NCBI GenBank assembly: GCA_951406725.2 | Contig: OX597823.1 | Coordinates: 78,306,001 to 78,370,000 of the forward strand | DNA length: 64,000 bases | Direction: 5' to 3' | From: Octopus vulgaris | Taxonomy: Eukaryota | Shown: positions 13,490 through 25,308 of the stretch, piece by piece | Position numbering within the stretch: position 1 is the first letter of the stretch | How the letters are laid out: each line of letters opens with the position of its first letter | Made by a program: the position numbers and the translations under genes | Notes under the pieces: generated by a model | Databases searched by the model: none | Told to the model about the DNA's origin: nothing | What the model saw: only the letters and a program-made list of their open reading frames with translations

Positions 13490-14232
13490 TCTCATCATCG
13501 TTGTCGTCATCTTTGGTGTCATCATCATTGTCATCATCATCATCATCATTGTCATCATATAAGTTGTAGATTAATCAGTGATCTAGTTAAACTATAATTT
13601 GTCTCATTTAAATCATCTGTGTTTGATATACATATGACTGTCATGCAATCCCATCTGCATCTTCCATAAACACGTGGTCCTTTGTTTAAACAAATGGCTG
13701 TGCCTCATTAATCTAGTGAGTTAGTGAAATATGGCCCTCAAATAGAAGAGATAGAACAATGAAAATTCTGACAATTTAGCCCTTGATGCAGGTTTCATTT
13801 GTAGTTATAGGCTTTTTTATGTATGTTCTCTCTGTTATTAACTTTGTTGCATTTTGGGAGGGTCATTACACCAAAAATTAACACACACACTGGTTCAGTT
13901 TCACTCTATTATTAGTGAATTTGTTAGCTATTTAATTAACTAATTAATGGATTGCTTGCTTAATCAGTTGTTTATCAAAATCCTTTTGTTGCCATTTGCA
14001 TTCTATGTGGCACCAGTATGGATACTTATTATGTGGCACCAGCATGATGACATAGCATCCACAGGGTCACCAAATAGTTTGCAAGACAAGGGCTTGTCAG
14101 CTGAAAGAGAAGGAGTTGAACTGAGAGAAGGGGCCATGTGCCAGGTGAGAAATTGGAGAGACTGATGGAAACAATAATATCGATTGAGTCAACCCGCAAT
14201 ATTTTACTTGATATTTTCTTATCAACTATAAA

Positions 14233-15000
14233 CCGTTTAGCATTTAAACCAACCATATCCAGCACACATATTCTACCTGTTTTATGTTCAAATTGGCCAG
14301 ATCTAGTCTCTCATACCTACTCTGCAATCTCATTCTAAAAATAAACAATCACGTCTTTGAAATCTCAAAGCTGTGAGATTATACAGGATTAATTTTATAA
14401 AATGTGAATATATAAGTACGAGCAAAACGCCCCCTGTCCAATGGACGGTGCTGAGTTGTCAAACATTTGAACCAAATTTCTCAAAACAACTTGTCCAACC
14501 GTCCCATAGGCTGCCTCTTTGAGAAACACTGATTTAACCTAAATTTGAGACACCAGCAAAAAAAGAAATAAAGATAGACTTTTTTCTATTCCAAAGAAAA
14601 ACAATTTTATTCACACAAATATGCAACCGAAGAGTTTAAAGTACCAGTAATGATAAGGTTGTTGACTGGGAGAACATAAACATGGTTTAAACAGTAAGCT
14701 TGGCAGGAAAGATATGTGTCTTTAAGCAGTACAAAAAATAACAAAAAATGGAAGGTGCAGTTATGTACAGGTTGGTGGAAGAAAAGCAGGACAAAAATGA
14801 CTTTATCAATCACATTCTCACCTGGAATCGATTTTTGTAATTTTTTCATGACTTATACATGCCCTGATACCGTCGGTATCTACATATGAAATTTGAGTGC
14901 AATCGGATGGAGGATACCCGAGATCTCAGAAGGCACACACAGACAGAACAGATTTTATATAATAGATAACATTTGACAAAGTAATCCGAATGCTAAAGGG
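14233..15000. mobile_element. piggyBac-type MITE carrying a nested Helitron-like element
   Basis: TIRs ccgtttagcatt / aatgctaaaggg, flanked by taaa / ttaa. Confidence 0.6.
14419..14966 (-). mobile_element. Non-autonomous Helitron-like element
   Basis: Minus strand starts TCTATTATATAAAA and ends with the hairpin ccgtccattggacagg followed by a CTAG-like CTCG; sits between A and T with no TSD. Confidence 0.6.
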
Positions 15001-15835
15001 TTAAACTTATGGGATTTGAATCCAAATTCTTCAAATAATAAACAATATACTGTAAAATATCGAATCTAAATCTTTATGGTTTATGTTGTTTTCACTGACC
15101 TTCTAAAACTATAAGAATAATTTCTTTTGAACAGGCACAAGATCAGCTTTTAGCTTTGCAGGAGAAGGGAGTAGTTCTTTGAATTTAGATATCGAGTCTG
15201 GAAAGATGAAAGTTAAAAATCGACAGACCTCCACTTGGGATTTATAATGAAACCAATAAGGTACCTCATGAAACGCTATAAAGTATAGCTTGGCGCACTA
15301 TTGTCTCAGCTATCTCTACCACACTTTCATATCGACTGTAGCTATGTTTATTAGTGATAGCAATGATGTCATAGTACAGCAAGAGGGTAGAAAGTAGCCA
15401 CAAAGTCTAATGACTCTCTTTTGGTAAAAATCAATGAAGAAAGCTATAAAATCTGCAGCAATTATTTATTTTGCAAAGAAAAAGAAGAAAGCGAAAGTAA
15501 AAAGTAAAGGTGGGAGGAAGAGGAGGGGCAGGATATTGTTATAATTTAACTCACTGATAGGACATTTTATTTAGATAAGTCTGTTTGTTACTTTCCAGTT
15601 TGTTTTTAGTTGGTTTTTTTTTTTTCATATAAATTACCGATCTTTGAAATAGTTTAACGATTTATTATCATTTATTTATTTTTTAATTTTTTTTTACCAA
15701 ACATAAAATGTATATTCGATGAATTTGCGGCGTTTGTAATAGTAATTTAGATATCTCATTTTTTTTTTATTATTATTTTTACATCAGGTATATTTGGAAC
15801 GGTGCTATAAATAAGATGAACAACATCACTTTTGC

Positions 15836-15879
<44 letters not shown>

Positions 15880-16597
15880 GCATATACATGTATATATGTA
15901 TATGTGTATACATGTATACATAGATGGGTGTATATATATGTATATGTATTTGTGTGTGTATATATAAATATATATGCATACATATATATGTGTATATATA
16001 TATATATACATACATATATATACACGTATATATACATATATATTCACATATATATATACATATCCTCATCACTCTTTAGATTCAAGTAAGGAAATCTTTA
16101 TCAGAAATCTGAACAAAAATGAAGAGATAAGCATAATCTGTGAATTTATCCTCTTTTTCATTTTTACTTATTCACATACATCTCTACTCTTTCATTTATA
16201 CTTTCATAAACTCTCACCAGTAAACTCTTTCTATTCACTTAGTAATTGACTTCTCTAATCATGTAAATACTCCTTCATTAATTTTTTTCACTCATTCATT
16301 TTGTACGTTCATTCACTTTCATGTTAAGCTTTATTTCATTCATTCAGTAATTCGCTTTTCTCATCATCTAGATTCTCCATCATTCATTCTTTCTACAAAT
16401 TACACATTCCTTTCTATAATCTATCACCTACCTCCTTCTTTACTCATTCACTCACCAACTCATTGTTTCATTCAAATAATTACAAACTGTTACTTATCAA
16501 CTCACTTGCACCACCCATGCTTCACTCCTATTTCTTTAGGCTCACAATTCCCCAATTCACTCAGTTTTATTTAATTTACTTATTTTTGCCCTCTATA

Positions 16598-17033
16598 GCC
16601 ACAGACGTGGCTGTGTGGTAAGAATTTTGCTTCCCAACCACATGGTTCCTGGTTCAATCCCACTACATGGCACCTTGGGCAAGTTTTTTTCTACTGTAGC
16701 TTCAAGTCAGCCAACACCTCATGAATGAATTTGGTAGACAGAAACTGAGAGAAGCATGTTACACACATATGGTAGACAGAAACTGAAACAGCGAGCTGAC
16801 AGAAATATTAGCCCTCGAGCCGAAATACTTAGCGGTATTTCGTCTGCCGTTATGTTCTGAGTTCAAATTCCACCGAGGTCAACTTTGCCTTTCATCCTTT
16901 CGGGGTCAATTAAATAAGTACCAGTTACACATTGGGGTCGATATAATCGACTTAATCCATTTGTCTGTCCTTGTTTGTCCCCTCTGTGTGTAGCCCCTTG
17001 TGGGCAGTAAAGAAATAAGAAACTGAAAGAAGC

Positions 17034-17080
<47 letters not shown>

Positions 17081-17316
17081 GTTTGTCTGTATGTGTGTGT
17101 ATCTTTGTGTCCATATTTGTCTCCTCACCACACCACTTGGCATCCATTGTTGGTGTGTTTATGTCTCCCATAACTTAGCAGTTCAACAAAAGAAACTGAC
17201 TGAATAAGTAACAGGTTTTAAAAGAATAAGAGCTGGGTGGAAGGTCAATTCATTTGACTAAAATTCTCCGAGGTGGTGCCCCAGCATGGCTGCAGTCTAA
17301 TGGCTGAAACAAGTAA
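16598..17316 (+). mobile_element. SINE family B interrupted by a SINE A insertion
   Basis: gtggctgtgtggtaag head at about 16607; tail ctgaaacaagtaa at about 17315. Confidence 0.8.
16789..17017 (+). mobile_element. SINE family A nested in SINE B
   Basis: TSD agaaactgaaa at 16778-16788 and 17018-17028. Confidence 0.85.
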
Positions 17317-18088
17317 GGCAGTTAGCTAGCATTGTTACAACACTGGACAAAATTTTTGGCTTGTGACACTTTACTTTTGAAGAGATTGACTTCGCCTTTC
17401 ATCATTTTGACAGGCCAAAACATTAAGCATAAGTCAAGGACTGAATTTCATGTGATTGACTTGCTCCTTCCACTTCAGAATTGCTGGCCTTGTACCAAAA
17501 TTAGAAAGAACTATTTGCTTTTTATCTCAGTCATACAGCTACTCACAGAATCTCCTTGAGATTAATTGATTTCTTAAATGTTTTGTTTTAAATCCAGTGT
17601 AGCAGAGATTTGCTCATAAGTGCAGTAAATAATTATTAATTCTTTTAATGTCAATGCTTTAAAAATGCTTTTAAAAGAAGAACAACAACAACAGCAACAA
17701 ACAGCTAAAATATTTGTTCAACAATCTATAGTTAATTAAATGCTGTTAAGCAGATAATATTTTGAAAGGTATTTTAAATGTTTATTTTCATTTTATATAA
17801 TAAATAATAGCTAAATTCATATATTTTTTATGTATATATATATTTTAATATCAGTTAAAAAAAATTTAAATAAACATTTCAAAAATTCAAAGGAAGTGCA
17901 CAACATGTAGTAATATTGCAAAAAATGCACACTGCACTTCATATATTCCATTTGCATGTTACAACTTCACATCTGAGTTATACTACTAAGAATTTCTATA
18001 ATGAAAGGATTCTGGTACATATGTATATGTGCAAGTATGCATGTGTTTTCATATACACACATCTGTTTACACATATATGCATATATAG

Positions 18089-18135
<47 letters not shown>

Positions 18136-18138
<3 letters not shown>

Positions 18139-19024
18139 GGTACAGGGAATATATTGTTGTCTGTATTATGCAAAAATGAAAAGAACACACTGACATCTCA
18201 TTTCAACAGATATATTTACTAAAATTACATAAAAATATCTTGAAATACCAAAAAATAAATTTATTCAATAAAATCGTCATTGGCTTCAACCACGTCCTCT
18301 GAACAGCTTTAGAATCTCCTGCAACTCTTTTGAATGAACTCCTTGTTTAAGTCAGTGAATGCTGCAACAATCCTTGCCTTCAGTTCATCATCGATGTTAC
18401 AAGGAGTTCTGTTGGTCTCTTGCTCAAAGGTGCTCCACACATAATAATCAAGGGGGTTACAGCCGAGGGAGTTAGGTGGCCAGATTATGTGGTCATAAAA
18501 ATTGTCTGACAGCCATGACTGGGTTCTCCTACTTCTGTGACATGGTGCAAAATCCTGTTGCCAAACATAGGTTCTTCCATCAGCCACCCTCTTGACCCGG
18601 AGCAGCACTACCTCCTCCAAGCACTTGATGTAGGCTGCCATGTTGAGCCTGAGGCCATGTGGGAAGATGAATAGAGGCATAACGTTGTCATCACTAGTGA
18701 TCACTCCAAACACTATGATGTTGCCAGGATTCTTGATTTTTATCACTCTCGGTACATGTTTTGGGAACACAGTAGACCAACAGTTGTTCTGTGTGTTCAC
18801 CATCTGTTCATATTGGAGCTTCCTGCAGGAATGCCGAGCAGTACAGCATGTAGTTTCCACATTTCTGGCAGAGTGAATTGTGTCATGGTGCTTTTTTTCT
18901 CACAGACAGTGAACAACTGGTCCTACTATACTGTGTAGTCAACAAAATCAAAAAAAAAAAAAAATCAATGTGCATGTGTGAAATAAAAAATATAAAATGA
19001 CAGCAATTTACCCATTGTACCCTA
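18136..19024 (-). mobile_element. Internally deleted Tc1/mariner (maT/DD37D-like) DNA transposon
   Basis: Imperfect TIRs cagggtacagggaatatattgttgtc / gacagcaatttacccattgtaccct within TA runs; encodes a transposase C-terminal fragment. Confidence 0.85.
18309..18760 (-). pseudogene. Tc1/mariner DD(34-37)D transposase fragment (catalytic C-terminal half)
   Basis: VFGVITSD...WQQDFAPCH...WPPNSLGCNPLDYYVW motifs; N-terminal HTH region and first Asp are absent; SPD(L/C)NP is degenerate. Confidence 0.85.
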
Positions 19025-19447
19025 TATATATATATATATACATATTATGTATGTATAAATATATATATAATTAAAAAAGAAAAACAGAAAGAAGACATGA
19101 AAAAAACAACAATGCAAGGATGTAGCACATCCAAAGTATTAATAAGATGCTCAGAGAAGGAAAAGAGTGGTTGTTTTACATTTCTAGCATAGCTCTTCTT
19201 TGGAAATAGGAAACATATATATATATATATATATATATATGAAGAGAGAGAGAGGTGGGACAGCATATTTAAACACTTTCTGTAGGACAGGATATACTAG
19301 TTAGTGACTTTGAAGTTCTGGGTTATTAACTATCATCTAATTGTAAATTGTTTTGGTTTTCCAGTCCTTTAGATATTTTTCAGGACTTCATCAAATGCAT
19401 GAGTCACTAACTAACATATCCTGTTCTACAGAAAGTGTTTACAACAT

Positions 19448-19517
<70 letters not shown>

Positions 19518-20687
19518 ATGAAAAAATGTGGGTGCCAAGTAGATACATTGTGATGGTGTATTCTTGTTGCACATAAAATCTCTTCAGCAATAGTTTCGAT
19601 CACTGGTTGGACAAGTGTGTTTTTTATAACCCCAGGCCAACAAATGCTGTGTGAATGAATATCGTAGATGAAGATTGCTTTATATATCTGAGCATGTGCC
19701 TTGTGTCTGTGTTTTCCCCTCCCCCACTCAACTAGTCCTTGATAACTGGGATTGGTTTGTTTCCATTCCTGTTACATAGTGGTTTGGCAAAATAAACAGA
19801 ATTTTTTTTTAAATAAGAGAACAAGTACCAGACTTAAAAAATAAGTTATGGGCTGCAGTCCAATGACTAAAACAAATGAATAATAAAAAGTAAAAAGTTA
19901 CCTCATGATGATGATTTTAATCATCATCATCATACAAATTATTGAAGGGATTTTCTTTGGCCAGTTGCATTTCCATTGCCATCCTTCACTTGTTTCCCAG
20001 TAAGGTATGATTTCCTTTAGTCTTTCGAATAAAGAACAGTTCAACAGCCAGGCATGTTTTTGCAGCAGCCTGCAGAGCCACACAGTAAGAATGGCACTGA
20101 ATTATCAGATAGTGAAGGAAACCCCTTATGTACAAGACCAGAAATATTTCTGTGTGTGCATATGTATGTGTCTGTGCATGCTAAACTCAACTCTCTTTGT
20201 GCTTTCGTGTGTACTGCACCTAACTAGGCCAGGTGGCACAACCTATGCATTAAGGCAGCAAATGACTTCCTAGCAAACTGGTGTGTGCAGCATCTCAGAT
20301 CACACCATGAGAGACACAGAAAGGCATCTACTCTCATCACAAAACAGTTTTCCTTGCCTGGCCTGCAAGCATATATCTGCATTTCACTGCAATCCAAGAA
20401 GTCACTTGAGCAGCCACAGATATTGGACTATGCAACACAATTATCTTTCTTGTACTCAAGAGACTACCGAACAGACAAGCAAGTAATATATATATATAAA
20501 GTAGCAAACAGTCAATAGTATCTCTCTATCTAATTTATTTTCATATATATATATATGTATGTATGTATATATGATTCATATGTAAGTGTAACATATATAT
20601 ATATATATATTATATATATATATATATGTATATATATACACATATATATATATAGTAACAGACTGTCAATAGTATCTCTCTGTCAAT

Positions 20688-20743
<56 letters not shown>

Positions 20744-21096
20744 ATATATATATACATATACATATATATAACATATATATATCTATAATATATATGTAAT
20801 ATACATGTGTATATGCATGGGTATATATCTATAATTGTGTTTATACATGTGTGTATATATATATATATATATAATCAATATAGGGTGGCAAAAAAAATTT
20901 GTAGAATTCTTTTGCCACCAGCGGCCTAGTGGGAAAAAAATTAAATAGTCATAGACCATTTTTAAGTTCAACATCAACAATCAAGGAACGGCCATAATAG
21001 GCCATTCACCCACTAGAAATAACAGCCAAAGCTTCAACCGCAAATAAAAATTAACTCCGTAAACCAGGAGAAAATTTAAAAAACATTTACCTTGTA

Positions 21097-21203
21097 ATTT
21101 CTTATACGATATACCGTTTCATCTGCTGATTAATGGTAAACTAACCTGATTAAATTAAATCAAGCCAATCTTCCAAAGGCCCTCAGATTCTTCAGTAAGA
21201 AAT
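21097..21203 (-). ncRNA. Type I hammerhead ribozyme motif (copy 1, antisense to host gene)
   Basis: Reverse complement of the motif at 21444-21550. Confidence 0.85.
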
Positions 21204-21443
21204 AGCCCAAGTCGGAACAGATATTTTCACGAGGCAAATCCGACCTTGCCAAGGTTATATCTGACCTAAAATTTTCAAATCGTCGCACTCGCGCCAAATT
21301 TATCGGCAGCAAATAAATATAAGCCGTCGATTCCATTACGGAATTAACCAGAAAACGAGTGCGACGATTTGAAAATTTTAGGTCAGATATAACCTTGGCA
21401 AGGTCGGATTTGCCTCGTGAAAATATCTGTTCCGACTTGGGCT

Positions 21444-21550
21444 ATTTCTTACTGAAGAATCTGAGGGCCTTTGGAAGATTGGCTTGATTTAATTTAATCA
21501 GGTTAGTTTACCATTAATCAGCAGATGAAACGGTATATCGTATAAGAAAT
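21444..21550 (+). ncRNA. Type I hammerhead ribozyme motif (copy 2)
   Basis: Stem I ATTTCTTA(21444-51)/TAAGAAAT(21543-50); core CTGAAGA(21452-58); stem II ATCTG(21459-63)/CAGAT(21522-26); GAAA(21527-30); stem III ACG-gtatat-CGT; GUA cleavage triplet at 21540-42. Confidence 0.88.
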
Positions 21551-21937
21551 TACAAGGTAAATGTTTTTTAAATTTTCTCCTGGTTTACGGAGTTAATTTT
21601 TATTTGCGGTTGAAGCTTTGGCTGTTATTTCTAGTGGGTGAATGGCCTATTATGGCCGTTCCTTGATTGTTGATGTTGAACTTAAAAATGGTCTATGACT
21701 ATTTAATTTTTTCCCACTAGGCCGCTGGTGGCAAAAGAATTCTACAAAATTTTTTTTTTGCCACCCTATATTGATTAATTATGAATTTTCTGGTTAATTC
21801 CGTAATGGAATCGACGGCTTATATTTATTTGCTGCCGATAAATTTGGCGCGAGTGCGACGATTTGAAAATTTTAGGTCAGATATAACCTTGGCAAGGTCG
21901 GATTTGCCTCGTGAAAATATCTGTTCCGACTTGGGCT

Positions 21938-22044
21938 ATTTCTTACTGAAGAATCTGAGGGCCTTTGGAAGATTGGCTTGATTTAATTTAATCAGGTTAG
22001 TTTACCATTAATCAGCAGATGAAACGGTATATCGTATAAGAAAT
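21938..22044 (+). ncRNA. Type I hammerhead ribozyme motif (copy 3)
   Basis: Same motif exactly 494 nt downstream of copy 2 (CTGAAGA 21946-52, GAAA 22021-24, predicted cleavage after 22036). Confidence 0.88.
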
Positions 22045-22164
22045 TACAAGGTAAATGTTTTTAAAATTTTCTCCTGGTTTACGGAGTTAATTTTTATTTG
22101 CGGTTGAAGCTTTGGCTGTTATTTCTAGTGGGTGAATGGCCTATTATGGCCGTTCCTTGATTGT

Positions 22165-22207
<43 letters not shown>

Positions 22208-22952
22208 TACATACATATATAGATACATGCATAAATGCAGATTGATAGATAGACATAGATACATACACATATACATGAAGACACAGACAGACCTCTAGTT
22301 ATTTTTAATGGAAAACAATTAGTGCTTGTGTGGTGAGGTTTATATCAGCATGAAGTGAACAAAAACTGGTAATGAGTTATCTCTTTTCATACCATTCTCT
22401 ACTTTTGATTTTGCATCTTATGAGATCAATGAATACGAAATACCACATAAAATGCTGGGGTCAAAATAATTGAAAAAAAAACCTTGAAGTTGATACGCCT
22501 ACATGGCTGCAGTCCAATGACTGAAACCAGCAAAGAAGAAGAAAAAATGGGATCAATGCTTTTTATCTGTACAGAGTCAATAATATGATCAGAGATATTA
22601 TACTGATGTTGATTCAGTTGAATCAACCAACTCCCCTATGTCACTTTTGGCTCTCGACCAAAAATAAGAAATCAATTTTCCTCAGAATTTTTTAAGTTAC
22701 CATTACAAACCAAGTAATGTTTTTTGATTTGGAAAAGAACAAAAAAGCTTCGTATTTACCTAGTCAAGCTTATCATCATCATTATCATCATCATCAGCAT
22801 TATCATCATCATCATCATCATCATCATTTAATGCCCATGCTCCATGGTAGCATTGGTTGAACACTAATATATGGCTGTCTTTTCAGCACGCACACATATA
22901 TATGAATGCATATATGCAAGTATGTGTGTCTATATACATGTGTGTGTGTATG

Positions 22953-22997
<45 letters not shown>

Positions 22998-23079
22998 GCA
23001 TGTGTATATACCTGTTCACATATTATTGAATGACAAGGGAAATATATCTACATGTACATATTTTATGTGTGTGTGTGTG

Positions 23080-23340
<261 letters not shown>

Positions 23341-23416
23341 TAGATAGAAAGATATATACGTACATTTTATATACATATATAAAAATATAAATATATACAT
23401 ATATATGTATATATAT

Positions 23417-23478
<62 letters not shown>

Positions 23479-23496
23479 AGAGAGAGAGAATGAGAG

Positions 23497-24455
23497 AGCA
23501 TAACTGCTAGAATAAGAATAGCTTGAGCAAAGTTCAGACAGCTCCTACCTCTGCTAGTGACAAAGGGCCTCTCGTTCAGAGTAAAAGTTAGACCGTATGA
23601 TGCATGGGCCATGACTGTTGAGGACATGTGTAAGTTTGCAAAGAATAAAGCTAGTATGCTCTGCTGGATGTGTAATGTCAGTGTGCATACAAGACAGTTT
23701 AAGCGCCCTGAGAGAAAAGTCGGACATAAGAAGCATCAGATGTGGTGAGCTAGCGAGACAACTGTGCTGGTATGGTCATGTGTTGCAAATGGATGAGGAC
23801 AGCTATGTGAAAATGTGTCACACCCTAGCTGTAGAGGGAATTTGTGGAAGAGGTAGAGCCAGGAAGACCTGGGATGGGGTGTTGAAGCATGACCTTCAAA
23901 CATTGGGCCTCACCAAGGCAATGACAAATGACCAAGACCTTTGGACATATGCTGTGCTTGAGAAGACCTGGCAAGCCCAGTGAGACCATAACCGTGGCCT
24001 ATGCCAGTGCAGCACAACCAGCCCATTTAAGAGTGCCCTTCAATCATTGGGCAATAAACTGCACTTGCGAAGACCTGTTGAGGTAAGTGAAGTCATCATC
24101 ATAGCCAATGACAGTACTGCCTGATTGGCACCCATTCTGGTGGCACATGAAAAGCAGCACTTGAGCGTGGTTGATACTAGTGCCACCTGACTGGTCCTGT
24201 GAAGGTGGCATATAAAAAGTACCATTCAAGTATGGCCGGTGCCAGTACCACCTGACTAGCCCTCATACAAGTAGTATGTAAAAAGCACCCACTACACTGT
24301 CAGAGTGGCTGGCATTAAGAAGGGCATCTAGCTATAAAAACATTGCTAGATCAAATTGAAGCCTGGTGCAGCCTTGTGGCTTGCCAGCCCTCAGTCAAAC
24401 TGTCCAACCCATGCCAGCATGGAAAGCGGATGTTAAATGGTGAAGATGATGATGA
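23497..24455 (+). mobile_element. RTE-clade LINE 3' fragment (end of ORF plus 3' UTR and (GAT)n tail)
   Basis: RIA*AKFRQLLPLL..., LCWYGHVLQMDEDSYVK...VEGICGRGRARKTWDGVLKHDL, typical of the RTE C-terminus; frameshifts present. Confidence 0.85.
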
Positions 24456-24469
24456 TATGTACATTTGGC

Positions 24470-24695
24470 ATATATAGACTTGGCTCCTGTGCTATCCGCC
24501 CACTACAAAAATCGAACTCAGGACACTTAGCAACATTACATCACAATTATTTTACCTCAGCAGGTCAAGCTCTCTTTAATACCATAGCAAAACGCATCAA
24601 AACAGAAACAGATTCGATAAAATTCCAATATTGACTGGACAAATTTCTTTAAAAAATCCCAGACCAACCTCCTACATCCAGATATGTTTCCAACA
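24470..24695 (+). mobile_element. CR1/L2-like LINE 3' ORF relic
   Basis: HNYFTSAGQALFNTIAKRIK...FQY*LDKFL*KIPDQP resembles the G..LFN.LP...FK..LD.FL..IPDQP terminus of CR1-group LINEs. Confidence 0.55.
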
Positions 24696-24789
24696 TATAT
24701 TATTGAATGACAAGGGAAATACTACATTTATATGTACATTTCATATATATATAGAATGAGAGAGGGAGAGAGAGGCAGACAGACAGACT

Positions 24790-24862
<73 letters not shown>

Positions 24863-24900
24863 GTAGGTAGGTAGGTATGTAGGTAGTTAGGTAGGTAGGT
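24790..24900. repeat. (GATA)n and (GGTA)n microsatellite
   Basis: Seen directly. Confidence 0.95.
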
Positions 24901-25027
24901 AAATAGATATACATATATGTACATTTTATATATACATATAATGTACATATAAATATACTATTTCCCTTGTCATTCAATAATATACATGAACATGTGTATT
25001 CACATGCATATATATTTAGATAGATAA

Positions 25028-25062
<35 letters not shown>

Positions 25063-25308
25063 CACACATGCATATAATCCATACAGATATTAGTCTAACA
25101 ACAAAGCGAAAGGTAGTACTAAATACATGGTGCTCAGCATATTGTTTATTGAAACTGAATTATTTTCCTTGCAAACTGAATTTGATGTCACCGCATTCAA
25201 TGTTTCTGTTTGATATTTTCTCTGGTTTATGTATATTGGGAAAGGTTAGGATTAGGGTTTCTTGTGCTTTGTTTTTGTTTATGCTCTTTGTCATTGGGAT
25301 CCTTTGAG

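Larger units (their letters stand above)
20872..22168. mobile_element. Hammerhead-ribozyme-bearing repeat (retrozyme or Penelope pseudo-LTR-like), 494-bp monomer, one inverted plus two tandem copies, inserted in (TA)n
   Basis: 20872-21291 is the reverse complement of 21356-21777. 21356-21674 recurs at 21850-22168 (period 494). 21786-21849 is the reverse complement of 21292-21355. The differences I could see are in homopolymer runs only. CpG-rich relative to the flanks, with (TA)n on both sides. Confidence 0.85.

Noticed and set aside
13334-13597. His-rich ORF; also poly-Asn/Asp/Ile ORFs at 28421-28733 and 37616-37893
   Set aside because: (CAT)n and (TTA)n trinucleotide repeats.
21781-21981. 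66-aa ORF inside the hammerhead array
   Set aside because: Short, no recognisable motif, and overlaps structured RNA.
20872-22168. NUMT or simple satellite interpretation of the 494-bp array
   Set aside because: No mitochondrial gene or tRNA features; the complete hammerhead in each unit and the tandem-plus-inverted layout fit a retroelement better. An assembly artefact cannot be excluded without reads.
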